Made by a program: the position numbers and the translations under genes
Shown here: piece by piece, positions 1 through 9,096 of the stretch
How positions within the stretch are numbered: position 1 is the stretch's first letter
How the letters are laid out: each line of letters begins with the position of its first letter
Origin: a virus
Lineage: Duplodnaviria > Caudoviricetes
Virus record (IMG/VR): IMGVR_UViG_3300005611_001436
Coordinates: 1 to 35,146 of that record
Direction: 5' to 3' (one strand)
DNA: 35,146 nucleotides
The notes under the pieces: model-generated
Told to the model about the DNA's origin: nothing
Seen by the model: the letters and a program-made list of their open reading frames with translations, nothing else
Database searches by the model: none

Positions 1-269
1 CCAACTTTAAAACCCATTGCTTCAGTTTTTGCAGTAAGTTTTTTGATAACAAAAGCGTGAACAGCATTTTCACGGATAACTTTGATGTAATTTTGACCTG
101 GTTGTACAGAACAGTTTTTTTCAAAGTTCGCTAAAGTTTCATCATAATAACTTGAGCCTTCAGCACGGCCTTTTTCAGTCCATTTTGCATAGTCAAGTTT
201 TGAACCTTCAATTAAGTTCTTTACGCCTTCATCTAAGGTCTTTGCAGATTTAGTTACTTGTACAGTCAT
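1..269 (-). CDS. Hypothetical early phage protein, runs off the window (MTVQVTKSAKTLDEGVRNLIEGSKLDYAKW...GQKYIKVIRENAVHAFV)
   Basis: Hand-translated and not in the ORF track. ATG at 269 preceded by GAAAGGACAA RBS; frame stays open to the window edge. Confidence 0.8.
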   Translation of the reverse strand, partial: MTVQVTKSAKTLDEGVKNLIEGSKLDYAKWTEKGRAEGSSYYDETLANFEKNCSVQPGQNYIKVIRENAVHAFVIKKLTAKTEAMGFKV

Positions 270-270
270 A

Positions 271-447
271 TTATTGTCCTTTCTTCATAGTTAATACAGT
301 CATTATACCAGATATGGCCATAATGGCAACCATTATTCCGAACATAAACCAGTTTTCTTGTCCCATACAAGCACCGGCACAGTCCTCAATACTTCCGACT
401 GCTAAAATAGCAGCCAAAATAGTAGTTATTGCGAAAAAATTAGTCAT
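271..447 (-). CDS. Small two-TM membrane protein, early gene
   Basis: ORF track 271..474; the better start is ATG 447 behind GAAAGGACAA. Two hydrophobic segments flank a CAGAC loop. Confidence 0.7.
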   Translation of the reverse strand: MTNFFAITTILAAILAVGSIEDCAGACMGQENWFMFGIMVAIMAISGIMTVLTMKKGQ

Positions 448-483
448 AAATTGTTGTCCTTTCTCATTTTTCATTATAGTTAT

Positions 484-512
484 ATAATATCATAGATAAA
501 TAGTGTCGGCAA
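484..512 (-). promoter_or_regulatory. sigma70-type early promoter
   Basis: Minus strand reads (C)TTGCCG-17 nt-TATTAT with an extended -10 TGn and an upstream A/T tract; it points into the leftward small genes. Confidence 0.65.
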
Positions 513-550
513 GCACTTTTTTAAAAAAAATCAATTAAAAAAGCAAGTAA

Positions 551-563
551 AATCAAGGGTTTA
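551..563 (+). promoter_or_regulatory. IHF-binding consensus
   Basis: AATCAAGGGTTTA matches WATCAANNNNTTR exactly, with A-tracts upstream (523-542). Confidence 0.45.
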
Positions 564-574
564 TGAATTATTTT

Positions 575-589
575 GTTCTAGTTTTGTTC
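575..589. promoter_or_regulatory. Alphaproteobacterial LexA (SOS) box
   Basis: GTTC-TAGTTTT-GTTC equals the GTTC-N7-GTTC consensus; intergenic, about 63 bp upstream of the early -35. Confidence 0.55.
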
Positions 590-649
590 TTTTTTCTCAT
601 TTCCTGCTCAGGAGCACGCCAAAATTGCAAAATTTCGCCAGATTTAGAG

Positions 650-664
650 CGAATCGGCGAATCA
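650..664 (-). promoter_or_regulatory. Tandem GANTC (CcrM) sites, both matching GcrA motif YGAKTCK
   Basis: Plus strand CGAATCG-G-CGAATCA; minus strand TGATTCG-C-CGATTCG. Confidence 0.5.
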
Positions 665-733
665 GCATTAGAAAATAGAGAAAATTTATCAGAAACCGAG
701 CTTCGAAGTGGCAAAGTTGCTTGTAATTTTTAG

Positions 734-741
734 CCTAAATA
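734..741 (+). promoter_or_regulatory. Variant T4-type late promoter (CCTAAATA)
   Basis: TAAATA core located 18 nt before ATG 760, with a GAGG RBS in between. Confidence 0.45.
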
Positions 742-759
742 TAAAAAAGAGAGGTATTA

Positions 760-897
760 ATGGAATATTGCAGTAATTGTGGGCATCAATGTCATTGTGG
801 CAGCCCTTGTATCAAAGAACATACAGACGGCGACGGAAAAAAGATTGAAATTGAGTGTTGCAAAGAATGTAGATGTGATACTCCAGTCAAAAAATAG
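760..897 (+). CDS. 45-aa Cys/His-rich peptide (metallothionein-like or Zn-binding)
   Basis: Hand-translated MEYCSNCGHQCHCGSPCIKEHTDGDGKKIEIECCKECRCDTPVKK; 9 Cys and 3 His; GAGAGG RBS; the stop lies 6 nt before the next ATG. Confidence 0.75.
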   Translation: MEYCSNCGHQCHCGSPCIKEHTDGDGKKIEIECCKECRCDTPVKK

Positions 898-903
898 GAT
901 TTT

Positions 904-1155
904 ATGGCAAAAATGAGAATGTTTAAGTTTTGGAATGAAGCAGGTGATACACAAGAAAAAGAAGAGATTAGTTTAAAGAAAGCTATCAGGTCAGTTCAAT
1001 CTCAATTTAAAGACACAATGATAAGTGTTGAGTATATTAGTAAAAAAGGTAAAGAGATGTGTCATTCAGTAATCATACCAATTGGTAGAAAAGTTAAACA
1101 AGCAATGATACAAGAGAGAAGACGAGAAGCTTTAAAAGCGAAACAGGCTAGATAA
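904..1155 (+). CDS. Hypothetical basic protein
   Basis: 83-aa ORF with AGGA RBS, coupled to PAAR by a TAATG overlap. Confidence 0.75.
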   Translation: MAKMRMFKFWNEAGDTQEKEEISLKKAIRSVQSQFKDTMISVEYISKKGKEMCHSVIIPIGRKVKQAMIQERRREALKAKQAR

Positions 1156-1457
1156 TGCCGGCAGTTTGTAGAGTTGGTGACAGTTTATCTACAGGACACA
1201 TATGTGCCAGCACCACTACTATAGCTTCATCTAATACAGATGGTACCGTTAAAGCAAATGGTATCAATATTATTGTTGTAGGTGCGCCTACAGTATCACA
1301 CCCATTTCCACCAGCACCACCTTGTGCTCCACATGTTGCAAACTTAAACGCAGGTTCACCAAATGTATTTGTGAATAGTATTCCTGTAGGTAGAATTGGT
1401 GATAGTGCAGATGCAGGTGCTATGACTTCAGGCTCTTCTAGTGTTTTTGCAAATTAA
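1155..1457 (+). CDS. gp5.4: PAAR-repeat tail spike tip protein (T4 gp5.4-like)
   Basis: MPAVCRVGD, GSPNVFVNSIPVGRIGD and GSSSVFAN motifs; conserved His/Cys residues. Confidence 0.9.
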   Translation: MPAVCRVGDSLSTGHICASTTTIASSNTDGTVKANGINIIVVGAPTVSHPFPPAPPCAPHVANLNAGSPNVFVNSIPVGRIGDSADAGAMTSGSSSVFAN

Positions 1458-1471
1458 GTTGCAAAAAACTT

Positions 1472-1479
1472 TATAAATA
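1472..1479 (+). promoter_or_regulatory. T4-type late promoter
   Basis: TATAAATA immediately upstream of gp25. Confidence 0.8.
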
Positions 1480-1487
1480 TTACCGTT

Positions 1488-1913
1488 ATGGCAGTTTATG
1501 ACGCATCATCTAAAAGTAAGAGTACACGAAATTCCAGAAGGTTTAGGGATATTGACCTAGACTTTAACCGTAATGCTGTAACAAATGATGTTAATGTTGT
1601 TGAAGATGTGGTTGCTATTAAGAGAGCAGTAAAAAATTTAGTACAAACTAATTTTTACGAAAGACCATTTCAACCTGAATTAGGTTGTGGTGTTAGAGAG
1701 TTATTATTTGAACCTTTTACACCAATGACTGGTATATTTTTAAAAAGAAAAATAGAAGAAGTTTTAATCAACTATGAACCAAGAATTGATTTACAAAATG
1801 TTAGAGTTGATGACGACCAAGATAATAACAGATTAGTTGTTGACATTTATTTTTATGTAGTAGGTGTTCCAGGTCCACAAGTAGTCACAACATTTTTACA
1901 AAGGCTAAGATAA
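1488..1913 (+). CDS. gp25: Baseplate wedge subunit gp25
   Basis: AIKRAVKNLVQTNFYERPFQPELG and YEPRI motifs. Confidence 0.95.
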   Translation: MAVYDASSKSKSTRNSRRFRDIDLDFNRNAVTNDVNVVEDVVAIKRAVKNLVQTNFYERPFQPELGCGVRELLFEPFTPMTGIFLKRKIEEVLINYEPRIDLQNVRVDDDQDNNRLVVDIYFYVVGVPGPQVVTTFLQRLR

Positions 1914-1916
1914 TAA

Positions 1917-3770
1917 ATGTCAACTCACAAATTAATAGTATCAGATTTAGATTTTGACCTAATAAAAACAAATCTTAAAAACTTTTTACAAGGTCAATCA
2001 CAATTTCAGGATTATGATTTTGAAGGTAGTTCATTATCAGTTCTATTAGACATTTTATCTTACAACACACACTATCTTGCTTATCTAGCAAATATGGCAA
2101 CCAATGAGTTGTACTTAGATAGTGCAGACATTAGAAACAACATTGTATCATTGGCAAAAATGATTGGTTACACACCATCATCACCAAGAGCACCAATGGC
2201 CAATATTAATGTTAGATTAAATAATGCAACAGGCACCTCAGTAACTATGAACAAAGGTACAGTTTTTACAACAACTGTAAATGATGTATCTTATCAATAT
2301 GTAACTAATTCAGATTTTACAACTATTCCTGTAAACGGTGTTTATGAGTTTAGTAACATTACAATTTATGAAGGCACACTTGTAACATTTAAATACACTT
2401 ATGATATAAATGATGTTGACCAAAGATTTATTATTCCAAGTGCAAACGCAGATACATCAACTTTAAAAGTTTCAGTTCAAACTAGTTCAAGTGATTCATC
2501 AACATCAACATACTCACTTGCAGGTGGTTATAATAGTGTTAACTCAACTTCTAAAGTTTATTTTATACAAGAAAGTGAAGATAACAAATATGAAGTTTAT
2601 TTTGGTGACGGTATTAATGGCGCTTCTTTAGATGACGGCAATATTGTTATCTTACAATACATTGTTACAAATAAAACAGCAGCTAACGGTGCAAGTTCAT
2701 TTAGTTTACAAGGCAATGTTGGAGGATTTACAAATGTTTCTATTACAACAAATTCATCAGCACAAGGTGGTGCTGAGGGTGAAACAGATGAATCAATTAG
2801 ACATAATGCACCATTACAATATGCAGCTCAACAAAGGGCAGTAACAACTACAGATTACGAAACACTTGTTCAATCATTATATCCAAATGCATTATCAGTT
2901 AGTGCTTGGGGTGGTGAAGATGATGAAACTCCAAGATATGGTATTGTTAAGATTGCAATTAAGGCCGCTTCAGGTTCTACTTTAACAGAAACAACAAAAC
3001 AAAGTATTATTGATTCATTAAAACCTTACAATGTGGCTTCAGTATCTCCTCAAATTGTTGACCCACAAACAACTTCAATATTGTTAACTGTAAATGCAAA
3101 GTATGATGCTAAATCAACAACTAAATCTACAGATACTTTAAGGTCAGATATTATAACATCAATTACAAATTACAATACATCAACATTACAAAAATTTGAT
3201 GCAGTATTCAGATATTCAAAATTGACAGGTTTAATTGACGGTACAGATACAAGTATTTTATCAAACATTACCACAATTAAAATGAGAAAAAGTTTTACAC
3301 CTACTTTAGCATCATCTACAAGATATGACATTTATTTTAGAAATGCTTTATTCAATCCACATTCAGGACACAATACAGCTGCAGGTGGTATTTTAAGTTC
3401 AACTGGTTTCAAAGTAACAGGTAGTGATTTTGAAATGTTTTTAGATGATGATGGTGCAGGCAATGTTAGAAGATATTATTTACAATCAGGTATCAGAACA
3501 TATGCAAATGAAACACAAGGCACAATTGATTATGCAACAGGTCAAATTACACTTAACTCTTTAAATGTAGCGTCTATTTCAAATATTAGAGGTGCATCAT
3601 CTACAGTTATTGAATTAACAGTACAACCAAATTCAAATGATGTTGTACCTGTTAGAGACCAAATTGTAGAAATAGATGTAGCAAATTCAAGCATATCAGT
3701 TACAGCAGACACATTTGTTGGTGGTTCTGCCGAAGCTGGTGTAGGTTACACACCAACAGCAAGTTATTAA
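1917..3770 (+). CDS. gp6: Baseplate wedge subunit gp6
   Basis: DLDFDLIK, DYDFEGS, LDILSYNTHY, YFGDG and RAVTTTDY motifs; follows gp25. Confidence 0.95.
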   Translation: MSTHKLIVSDLDFDLIKTNLKNFLQGQSQFQDYDFEGSSLSVLLDILSYNTHYLAYLANMATNELYLDSADIRNNIVSLAKMIGYTPSSPRAPMANINVRLNNATGTSVTMNKGTVFTTTVNDVSYQYVTNSDFTTIPVNGVYEFSNITIYEGTLVTFKYTYDINDVDQRFIIPSANADTSTLKVSVQTSSSDSSTSTYSLAGGYNSVNSTSKVYFIQESEDNKYEVYFGDGINGASLDDGNIVILQYIVTNKTAANGASSFSLQGNVGGFTNVSITTNSSAQGGAEGETDESIRHNAPLQYAAQQRAVTTTDYETLVQSLYPNALSVSAWGGEDDETPRYGIVKIAIKAASGSTLTETTKQSIIDSLKPYNVASVSPQIVDPQTTSILLTVNAKYDAKSTTKSTDTLRSDIITSITNYNTSTLQKFDAVFRYSKLTGLIDGTDTSILSNITTIKMRKSFTPTLASSTRYDIYFRNALFNPHSGHNTAAGGILSSTGFKVTGSDFEMFLDDDGAGNVRRYYLQSGIRTYANETQGTIDYATGQITLNSLNVASISNIRGASSTVIELTVQPNSNDVVPVRDQIVEIDVANSSISVTADTFVGGSAEAGVGYTPTASY

Positions 3771-3776
3771 TGAACA

Positions 3777-6392
3777 ATGGCAAAATTTAATGATAAAATT
3801 TCAACAATACTTAACAGCCAATTACCAGAATATGTAGTTGCTGACCACCCTAAATTTGCCGAATTTTTAAAAGTCTATTATCAATTATTAGAATCTGCCG
3901 AATTAGAAGTAACATCTGTTTTATCTACAACAGGTATTTTATTACAATCAGAAACAGGACAAGAAAACAATTTAGTTTTAAACTCTAGTAGAATTGACAC
4001 AGCAAGAACATCTTTAGATGCTGGTGATAAAATTCTTTTAGAAGAGTCTGACTATGGTAAATTTACAAGAGGTGAAACTATTGTAGGTCAAACTACCGGT
4101 GCAACTGCTGTAGTTTTAGTTGAAGACTTAGATAATAATAGATTAATTATTTCAGCACAAGATAAGTTTGGTCTTACTGAAGATGTAGTTGGTCAATCTT
4201 CAAATGCAAGAGCAACTATTAATAATTACAAACCAAATCCTGTAAATAACATAGTTGACTTAATTAACTTTAGGGATCCTGATAAAGTTATTAATCACTT
4301 CTTATTTAATTTTAGAGATGAATTTTTAGCAACACTTCCTGAAAACTTATCAATAGGTGTTGACAAAAGAAAATTAATTAAAAATGTAAAGTCTTTATAT
4401 AGAGCAAAAGGTTCTGTAAGAGGACACGAAATGTTTTTCCGTATTTTATTTGGTGAAACATCTGAAACTTTATATCCAAGAGAAAACTTATTAAAGGCTT
4501 CTGACGGTCAATTTGACTCTTTAAAAGTATTAAGAGTTATTGCATCTGTTGGTGACCCTACTTTATTAATTGGTAGACAGATTACAGGACAATCTTCAGG
4601 TTGTGTTGCAATTGTAGAAAATACTTCTACATTCCAAATTGGTTCTGATACAGTTACACAATTAATATTAAATGCAGATAGTATTGTAGGTAATTTTACA
4701 ATAGGTGAAGTTGTACAAGGAACAAGTTCAGACGGTGATGATTATTTTATTAAAGCAAATGTTACAGGTATTCCTGGAACAAAATTAATTACAAATGATG
4801 GTTCATTAAATACCATCACAGATACAATTACAGTTACAGCAGGTGGTCAAGGTGCTTTATTTCAGGTAGAAGAAATAGGACCTGGTAGTATAACAGATAT
4901 TATAATTGATAATGGTGGAACAGGTTATGAAGTAGGTGATGCATTAACATTTAATAATTCAGGCACAAACGGTAATAATGCGGCCGGTTTTGTTAAAATT
5001 GTAAATGGTGGTTTTGAGGGTGAAGACGGCACAAGTGATATGTCAACTGGTGACAGAATTGTTTTAGAAGATGCAACGCAATCAGGTGATAGATATGCTG
5101 GTGATGTAATTGTACAAGAGAAATTTACAGACTTACAACCTATTACAGATATTTTCTTAACAAATGCAGGTAGTCAATATACTGTAACACCTACTGTGAG
5201 TGTTACATCATCAACAGGTACAAGTGCAACAATTAGAGCATATGGTGATGATATTGGTAGAATTGTAAAATTAAAAACAGTTGAATTAGGAAAAGGTTAT
5301 GAAACTGCTCCTACTCCTCCTGTTTTAGGTTTCTTTAACAATATGATTGTAACTTCAGTTTCAGGAACATTTTTAACAAATGGTACAGTTACAGGCGGAA
5401 CATCTGGCGCTACAGGTACAATTGTTAGTTTAGATACTGATAGAGGTTTATTAAGAATTAAAGCAGTTTCAGGAACATTTACAATTGATGAAACAATAAC
5501 ATCAAACACTTCAGGTACTTGTACTCTTAAAAAATTAGATGTTTCAACTGCTACTGTAAATGTTGTGTCAGTTGCAGATACAGATGGTGCATTTATTAGT
5601 GAAAGAGGTAAAGTTTCAGAAACAACAATGAGAATACAAGATAGTTTATATTACCAAGATTTCTCATATGTGTTAAAAGTTGGCCGTTCTATTAATGAAT
5701 GGCGTGATGCATTTAAAAAGACAATGCACACAGCAGGTTTTTATTTTACAGGTCAAGTTAATATTCAAAATAGATTAAATGTTAGAGCAATCGGTCCTGT
5801 TATAGGTTCTGTATCAAATGTAACAGACGAACCATTATTTGCAATTGTCAATACTTTATTCTCTACAATATTTGGTAGAAGATTGGGAACAGTTGATGAC
5901 GGAACATCATTAAGAGCAAATCCTCAATCAGAAGGTGCAATTGATAGTAATGCTTTAACAAAAGACCACTTTACTTCAAACACAAGAGATTTGACATTAA
6001 CAAGAGAAGCAATTGAGTTTGATATTCAAAGTAGAATGAAAAGAACAATTACAGATGAAAACGGTAATCCAATACAAATTAAAAGAGGTTTTGCATATGC
6101 AGGACCTAGATGGTCAAGTATTAATAGATACGCAAATACTGTGTATGGTGTCAGCAATCCAGGTTCATATGCAAACACATTTGAAAACTTAGAAAATCTT
6201 AAAATATCTGGCACAGATACTAGTTTTGATGGTCGTAACGGTATCTTTATATTTTCTTCAAATGAAAATGCAAGATTATTAAAAACAAATTATGCGTTTC
6301 CTTCATCTCTAGCCTTTAATGCTGAGAGTTTTGATAATACATTGACTAGATTTGACTTTGATACCATTACTTTTGATGATACAACACCATAA
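3777..6392 (+). CDS. gp7: Baseplate wedge initiator, gp7-like
   Basis: QLPEYV..HPKFAEFLKVYY, LIKNVKSLYRAKG and IQDSLYYQDFSY..HTAG motifs; lies between gp6 and gp8. Confidence 0.75.
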   Translation: MAKFNDKISTILNSQLPEYVVADHPKFAEFLKVYYQLLESAELEVTSVLSTTGILLQSETGQENNLVLNSSRIDTARTSLDAGDKILLEESDYGKFTRGETIVGQTTGATAVVLVEDLDNNRLIISAQDKFGLTEDVVGQSSNARATINNYKPNPVNNIVDLINFRDPDKVINHFLFNFRDEFLATLPENLSIGVDKRKLIKNVKSLYRAKGSVRGHEMFFRILFGETSETLYPRENLLKASDGQFDSLKVLRVIASVGDPTLLIGRQITGQSSGCVAIVENTSTFQIGSDTVTQLILNADSIVGNFTIGEVVQGTSSDGDDYFIKANVTGIPGTKLITNDGSLNTITDTITVTAGGQGALFQVEEIGPGSITDIIIDNGGTGYEVGDALTFNNSGTNGNNAAGFVKIVNGGFEGEDGTSDMSTGDRIVLEDATQSGDRYAGDVIVQEKFTDLQPITDIFLTNAGSQYTVTPTVSVTSSTGTSATIRAYGDDIGRIVKLKTVELGKGYETAPTPPVLGFFNNMIVTSVSGTFLTNGTVTGGTSGATGTIVSLDTDRGLLRIKAVSGTFTIDETITSNTSGTCTLKKLDVSTATVNVVSVADTDGAFISERGKVSETTMRIQDSLYYQDFSYVLKVGRSINEWRDAFKKTMHTAGFYFTGQVNIQNRLNVRAIGPVIGSVSNVTDEPLFAIVNTLFSTIFGRRLGTVDDGTSLRANPQSEGAIDSNALTKDHFTSNTRDLTLTREAIEFDIQSRMKRTITDENGNPIQIKRGFAYAGPRWSSINRYANTVYGVSNPGSYANTFENLENLKISGTDTSFDGRNGIFIFSSNENARLLKTNYAFPSSLAFNAESFDNTLTRFDFDTITFDDTTP

Positions 6393-6398
6393 AAATAG

Positions 6399-6406
6399 TA
6401 TAAATA
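6399..6406 (+). promoter_or_regulatory. T4-type late promoter
   Basis: TATAAATA in the intergenic gap, followed by a GAGG RBS. Confidence 0.8.
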
Positions 6407-6428
6407 GTGTAAGAGGGTTTAATTACAA

Positions 6429-7742
6429 ATGGCAAAATTAACAATCAATAGAGGTACTTTAGCAAATGACGGAACAGGTGATAACCTCCGTGACGGTGCT
6501 AATAAAATCAATCTAAATTTTGATGAAATTTATACAGCTATTGGTGACGGTACTACAGTTGACGGTACAGTAAAATTTGCTGATGATTCATCTACAGTTG
6601 CAACTATCTCAGCAAACGGAGAAACTTTAAGAGTTCTTGGTGGTGCTGGTATTGATACAACTATTTCAGGTAATGATTTAACTATTGCAACAGATAGTTC
6701 AGTTGTTACATCTACTGAGGTTGCAACATTTACAAATAAATCAATTGCATTAGGTAGTAATACAATTACAGGTACTACAGCAGAATTTAATACAGCATTA
6801 ACTGATAATGATTTTGCCACATTAGCAGGTTCAGAAGCTCTTACAAATAAAACAATTGATGCAAGTTCAAACACTTTATCAAATATTGCAAATGGTTCAT
6901 TAACAAATTCATCCATTACAATTAGAGATGATAGTTCTACCGAAGATGCTGTATCATTAGGTGAAACTTTAATTGTAACAGGTGGTACAGGTATTACTTC
7001 AAGTGTTGCATCAAACACATTAACTTTAGATATTGATTCTACAGTTGCAACATTAACAGGTTCACAAGAATTAACAAACAAAACTATCAATGCATCATCA
7101 AACACAATATCAAATATTGTAAATGCAAACTTGTCAGGTTCAGCTGCAATTTCAAATGCTAACTTAGCAAATTCATCAATTACTTTTGGTGATGATGCTA
7201 TTAGTTTAGGTGGTACACAAACTACAATTACAAATTTAAGTTTAGACGGTTCAACAGGAACAATTGACTTAACAAGTTCAGGTAACAAATTAAGATTTAA
7301 CTATGCAGGCACAGGTTCATTTCCAAGTGAATCAACTTACGAAGGTATGTTTGCATATGATACAACAGGTAATGAGGCCTATGTTGCAGACGCAGGTGGT
7401 TGGGTAAAACTATTAAATGAAAACAGTTCAGTATCAGCACACGCTGATGTTAATATTACAGGTATTGCTGACGGATATATTTTACAATGGTCATCAGCAC
7501 AGGCAAGATTTAACGCAGTAGCAAATTCAGGTTCATCATTTACAACGGATAAATCCAATATAGGTGATGGCACAACAACGGCCTTTACCGTTGCGGCCGG
7601 TAGAACAGTAGATGATGTATTAGTATTTGTAAACGGTATTTGTTTAGTACCAACAGATGACTATACAATCAGCTCAACAACATTAACATTCACAACAGCT
7701 CCGACAGCGGCCGCTGAAATTGTGTTTAGGTATTTGGGATAA
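6429..7742 (+). CDS. Baseplate wedge/tail-fibre connector, gp9/gp10 N-terminal family, with fibre repeats
   Basis: N-terminal ANDGTGDNLRDGANKINLNFDEIY; repeated LTNKTI units; C-terminal GDGTTTAFT...VFVNG...DYT module. Confidence 0.8.
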   Translation: MAKLTINRGTLANDGTGDNLRDGANKINLNFDEIYTAIGDGTTVDGTVKFADDSSTVATISANGETLRVLGGAGIDTTISGNDLTIATDSSVVTSTEVATFTNKSIALGSNTITGTTAEFNTALTDNDFATLAGSEALTNKTIDASSNTLSNIANGSLTNSSITIRDDSSTEDAVSLGETLIVTGGTGITSSVASNTLTLDIDSTVATLTGSQELTNKTINASSNTISNIVNANLSGSAAISNANLANSSITFGDDAISLGGTQTTITNLSLDGSTGTIDLTSSGNKLRFNYAGTGSFPSESTYEGMFAYDTTGNEAYVADAGGWVKLLNENSSVSAHADVNITGIADGYILQWSSAQARFNAVANSGSSFTTDKSNIGDGTTTAFTVAAGRTVDDVLVFVNGICLVPTDDYTISSTTLTFTTAPTAAAEIVFRYLG

Positions 7743-7746
7743 TTAA

Positions 7747-8874
7747 ATGGGAACAATAACAAGAAATTTTGCAAACTCAATAACTGCTACATCAACTTTA
7801 GATGCAGGAGTTAACTTTAAAAATTTATTAATTAATGGTGATATGACTGTATATCAACCAGCTGTTACTAAGACAAGTATTACAGCAGATGAAAACCAAG
7901 CCGGTGCTGATAGATATAATTTAAGAGTAAATGCTAGAACATCTTGGGCAGGAACACTTGCAAATGAACCAACATTTGTTCCTACAAATCAAGGATTTAA
8001 AAAGGCATTATATGTCCAAACAACAACTGCTGAAACTTCAGTTAATGTTGCTGAGATTGTAAGAATAGGTCAAAAAATTGAAGCAAATTTATTACCTCAT
8101 TTAAAATATGGAACAGAAAATGCACAACCATTAACTTTTTCATTTTGGGTAAGAAGTTCTGTAACAGGAACATTTGTATCTGAATTGTGGCATAGAGACC
8201 ATCCTAGTGATACAGGATATAATAGTCAATCTTTTACTATTAGTTCTGCTGATACTTGGGAAAAGAAAACGGTAACTTTCCAAGGCGATACAGTAAATGG
8301 GTTTAATTATGACACAGGCATAGGTTTAGAATGTAATATTTGGTTAGGTGCAGGTACTAATTACACTTCAGGCGGTTCTACTACAGGTGGTGTGTGGTCA
8401 ACAGATGCAACTAAAAGAGCATTCGGAACAAGTAATAATTTTATCAATACATTAAATGCTAATTTTTACACAACTGGTTGGCAATTAGAAATTAGTGAAA
8501 CAGCCACAGATTTTGAGTTCTTGCCTTATGATGTGAATTTAGGAAGATGTCAAAGGTATTATTTTGAAGAAGGTAATAATGCTCAAGGTTTTGTTGCTGG
8601 TGCTTTTAATGTTAGTGACTCACCTTTTAGATATACATTTATGAAACCTATGAGAGCAGCACCTACAGCTTCTATAGGTGGAACAATAAATACAGATTTA
8701 AAACTTTATAGTGCTGGAAGTGATAAAACTTTAGGTAGTGTAGGATTTTCAGCCATTACTACACATGGTGCAAGAGTAGATATATTTGCTTCTGGTCAAT
8801 TTACTGCAGGTCAAACAGGACATTTCTATTTACTTAATAACACAGGAAAATTTAAATTTAATGCGGAGTTATAG
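7747..8874 (+). CDS. Tail fibre/receptor-binding protein with putative carbohydrate-binding domain
   Basis: KNLLINGDM, LTFSFWVRS, ADTWEKKTVT, QLE and RCQRYY..MRAAPT motifs typical of marine phage fibre proteins. Confidence 0.7.
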   Translation: MGTITRNFANSITATSTLDAGVNFKNLLINGDMTVYQPAVTKTSITADENQAGADRYNLRVNARTSWAGTLANEPTFVPTNQGFKKALYVQTTTAETSVNVAEIVRIGQKIEANLLPHLKYGTENAQPLTFSFWVRSSVTGTFVSELWHRDHPSDTGYNSQSFTISSADTWEKKTVTFQGDTVNGFNYDTGIGLECNIWLGAGTNYTSGGSTTGGVWSTDATKRAFGTSNNFINTLNANFYTTGWQLEISETATDFEFLPYDVNLGRCQRYYFEEGNNAQGFVAGAFNVSDSPFRYTFMKPMRAAPTASIGGTINTDLKLYSAGSDKTLGSVGFSAITTHGARVDIFASGQFTAGQTGHFYLLNNTGKFKFNAEL

Positions 8875-9051
8875 ATGATAGAAACAGTAACAAAAATAAT
8901 AAATACAATTGATAATTCAATTACATACAAAATTGTTTTACAAGACAATTCCACAATTTTTGTACCCCTAGACCCAGCAAACACAGATTACCAAGCAATA
9001 CAAGAGTGGATAGCAGACGGTGGAACAGTAATAGATAATCCACCAGAATAG
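8875..9051 (+). CDS. Small fibre-associated protein/assembly chaperone (58 aa)
   Basis: Hand-translated MIETVTK...VPLDPANTDYQAIQEWIADGGTVIDNPPE; GGAG RBS; abuts the fibre gene stop. Confidence 0.75.
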   Translation: MIETVTKIINTIDNSITYKIVLQDNSTIFVPLDPANTDYQAIQEWIADGGTVIDNPPE

Positions 9052-9063
9052 TATGAAAACTTG

Positions 9064-9071
9064 TATAAATA
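9064..9071 (+). promoter_or_regulatory. T4-type late promoter
   Basis: TATAAATA upstream of gp8. Confidence 0.8.
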
Positions 9072-9096
9072 TTGAGTAAGGAAGAAATAGAAAACT

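Noticed and set aside
521-538. Possible CtrA box (TTAA...TTAA)
   Set aside because: Spacing is 10 nt, not the 7 nt of the consensus.
757-954. Minus-strand 65-aa ORF in the track
   Set aside because: Antisense to the better-supported 760..897 and 904..1155 genes, which have RBSs and fit the operon.
2632-2844. Alternate-frame + ORF inside gp6
   Set aside because: Leu/Gln-rich composition typical of a shifted frame; no evident RBS.
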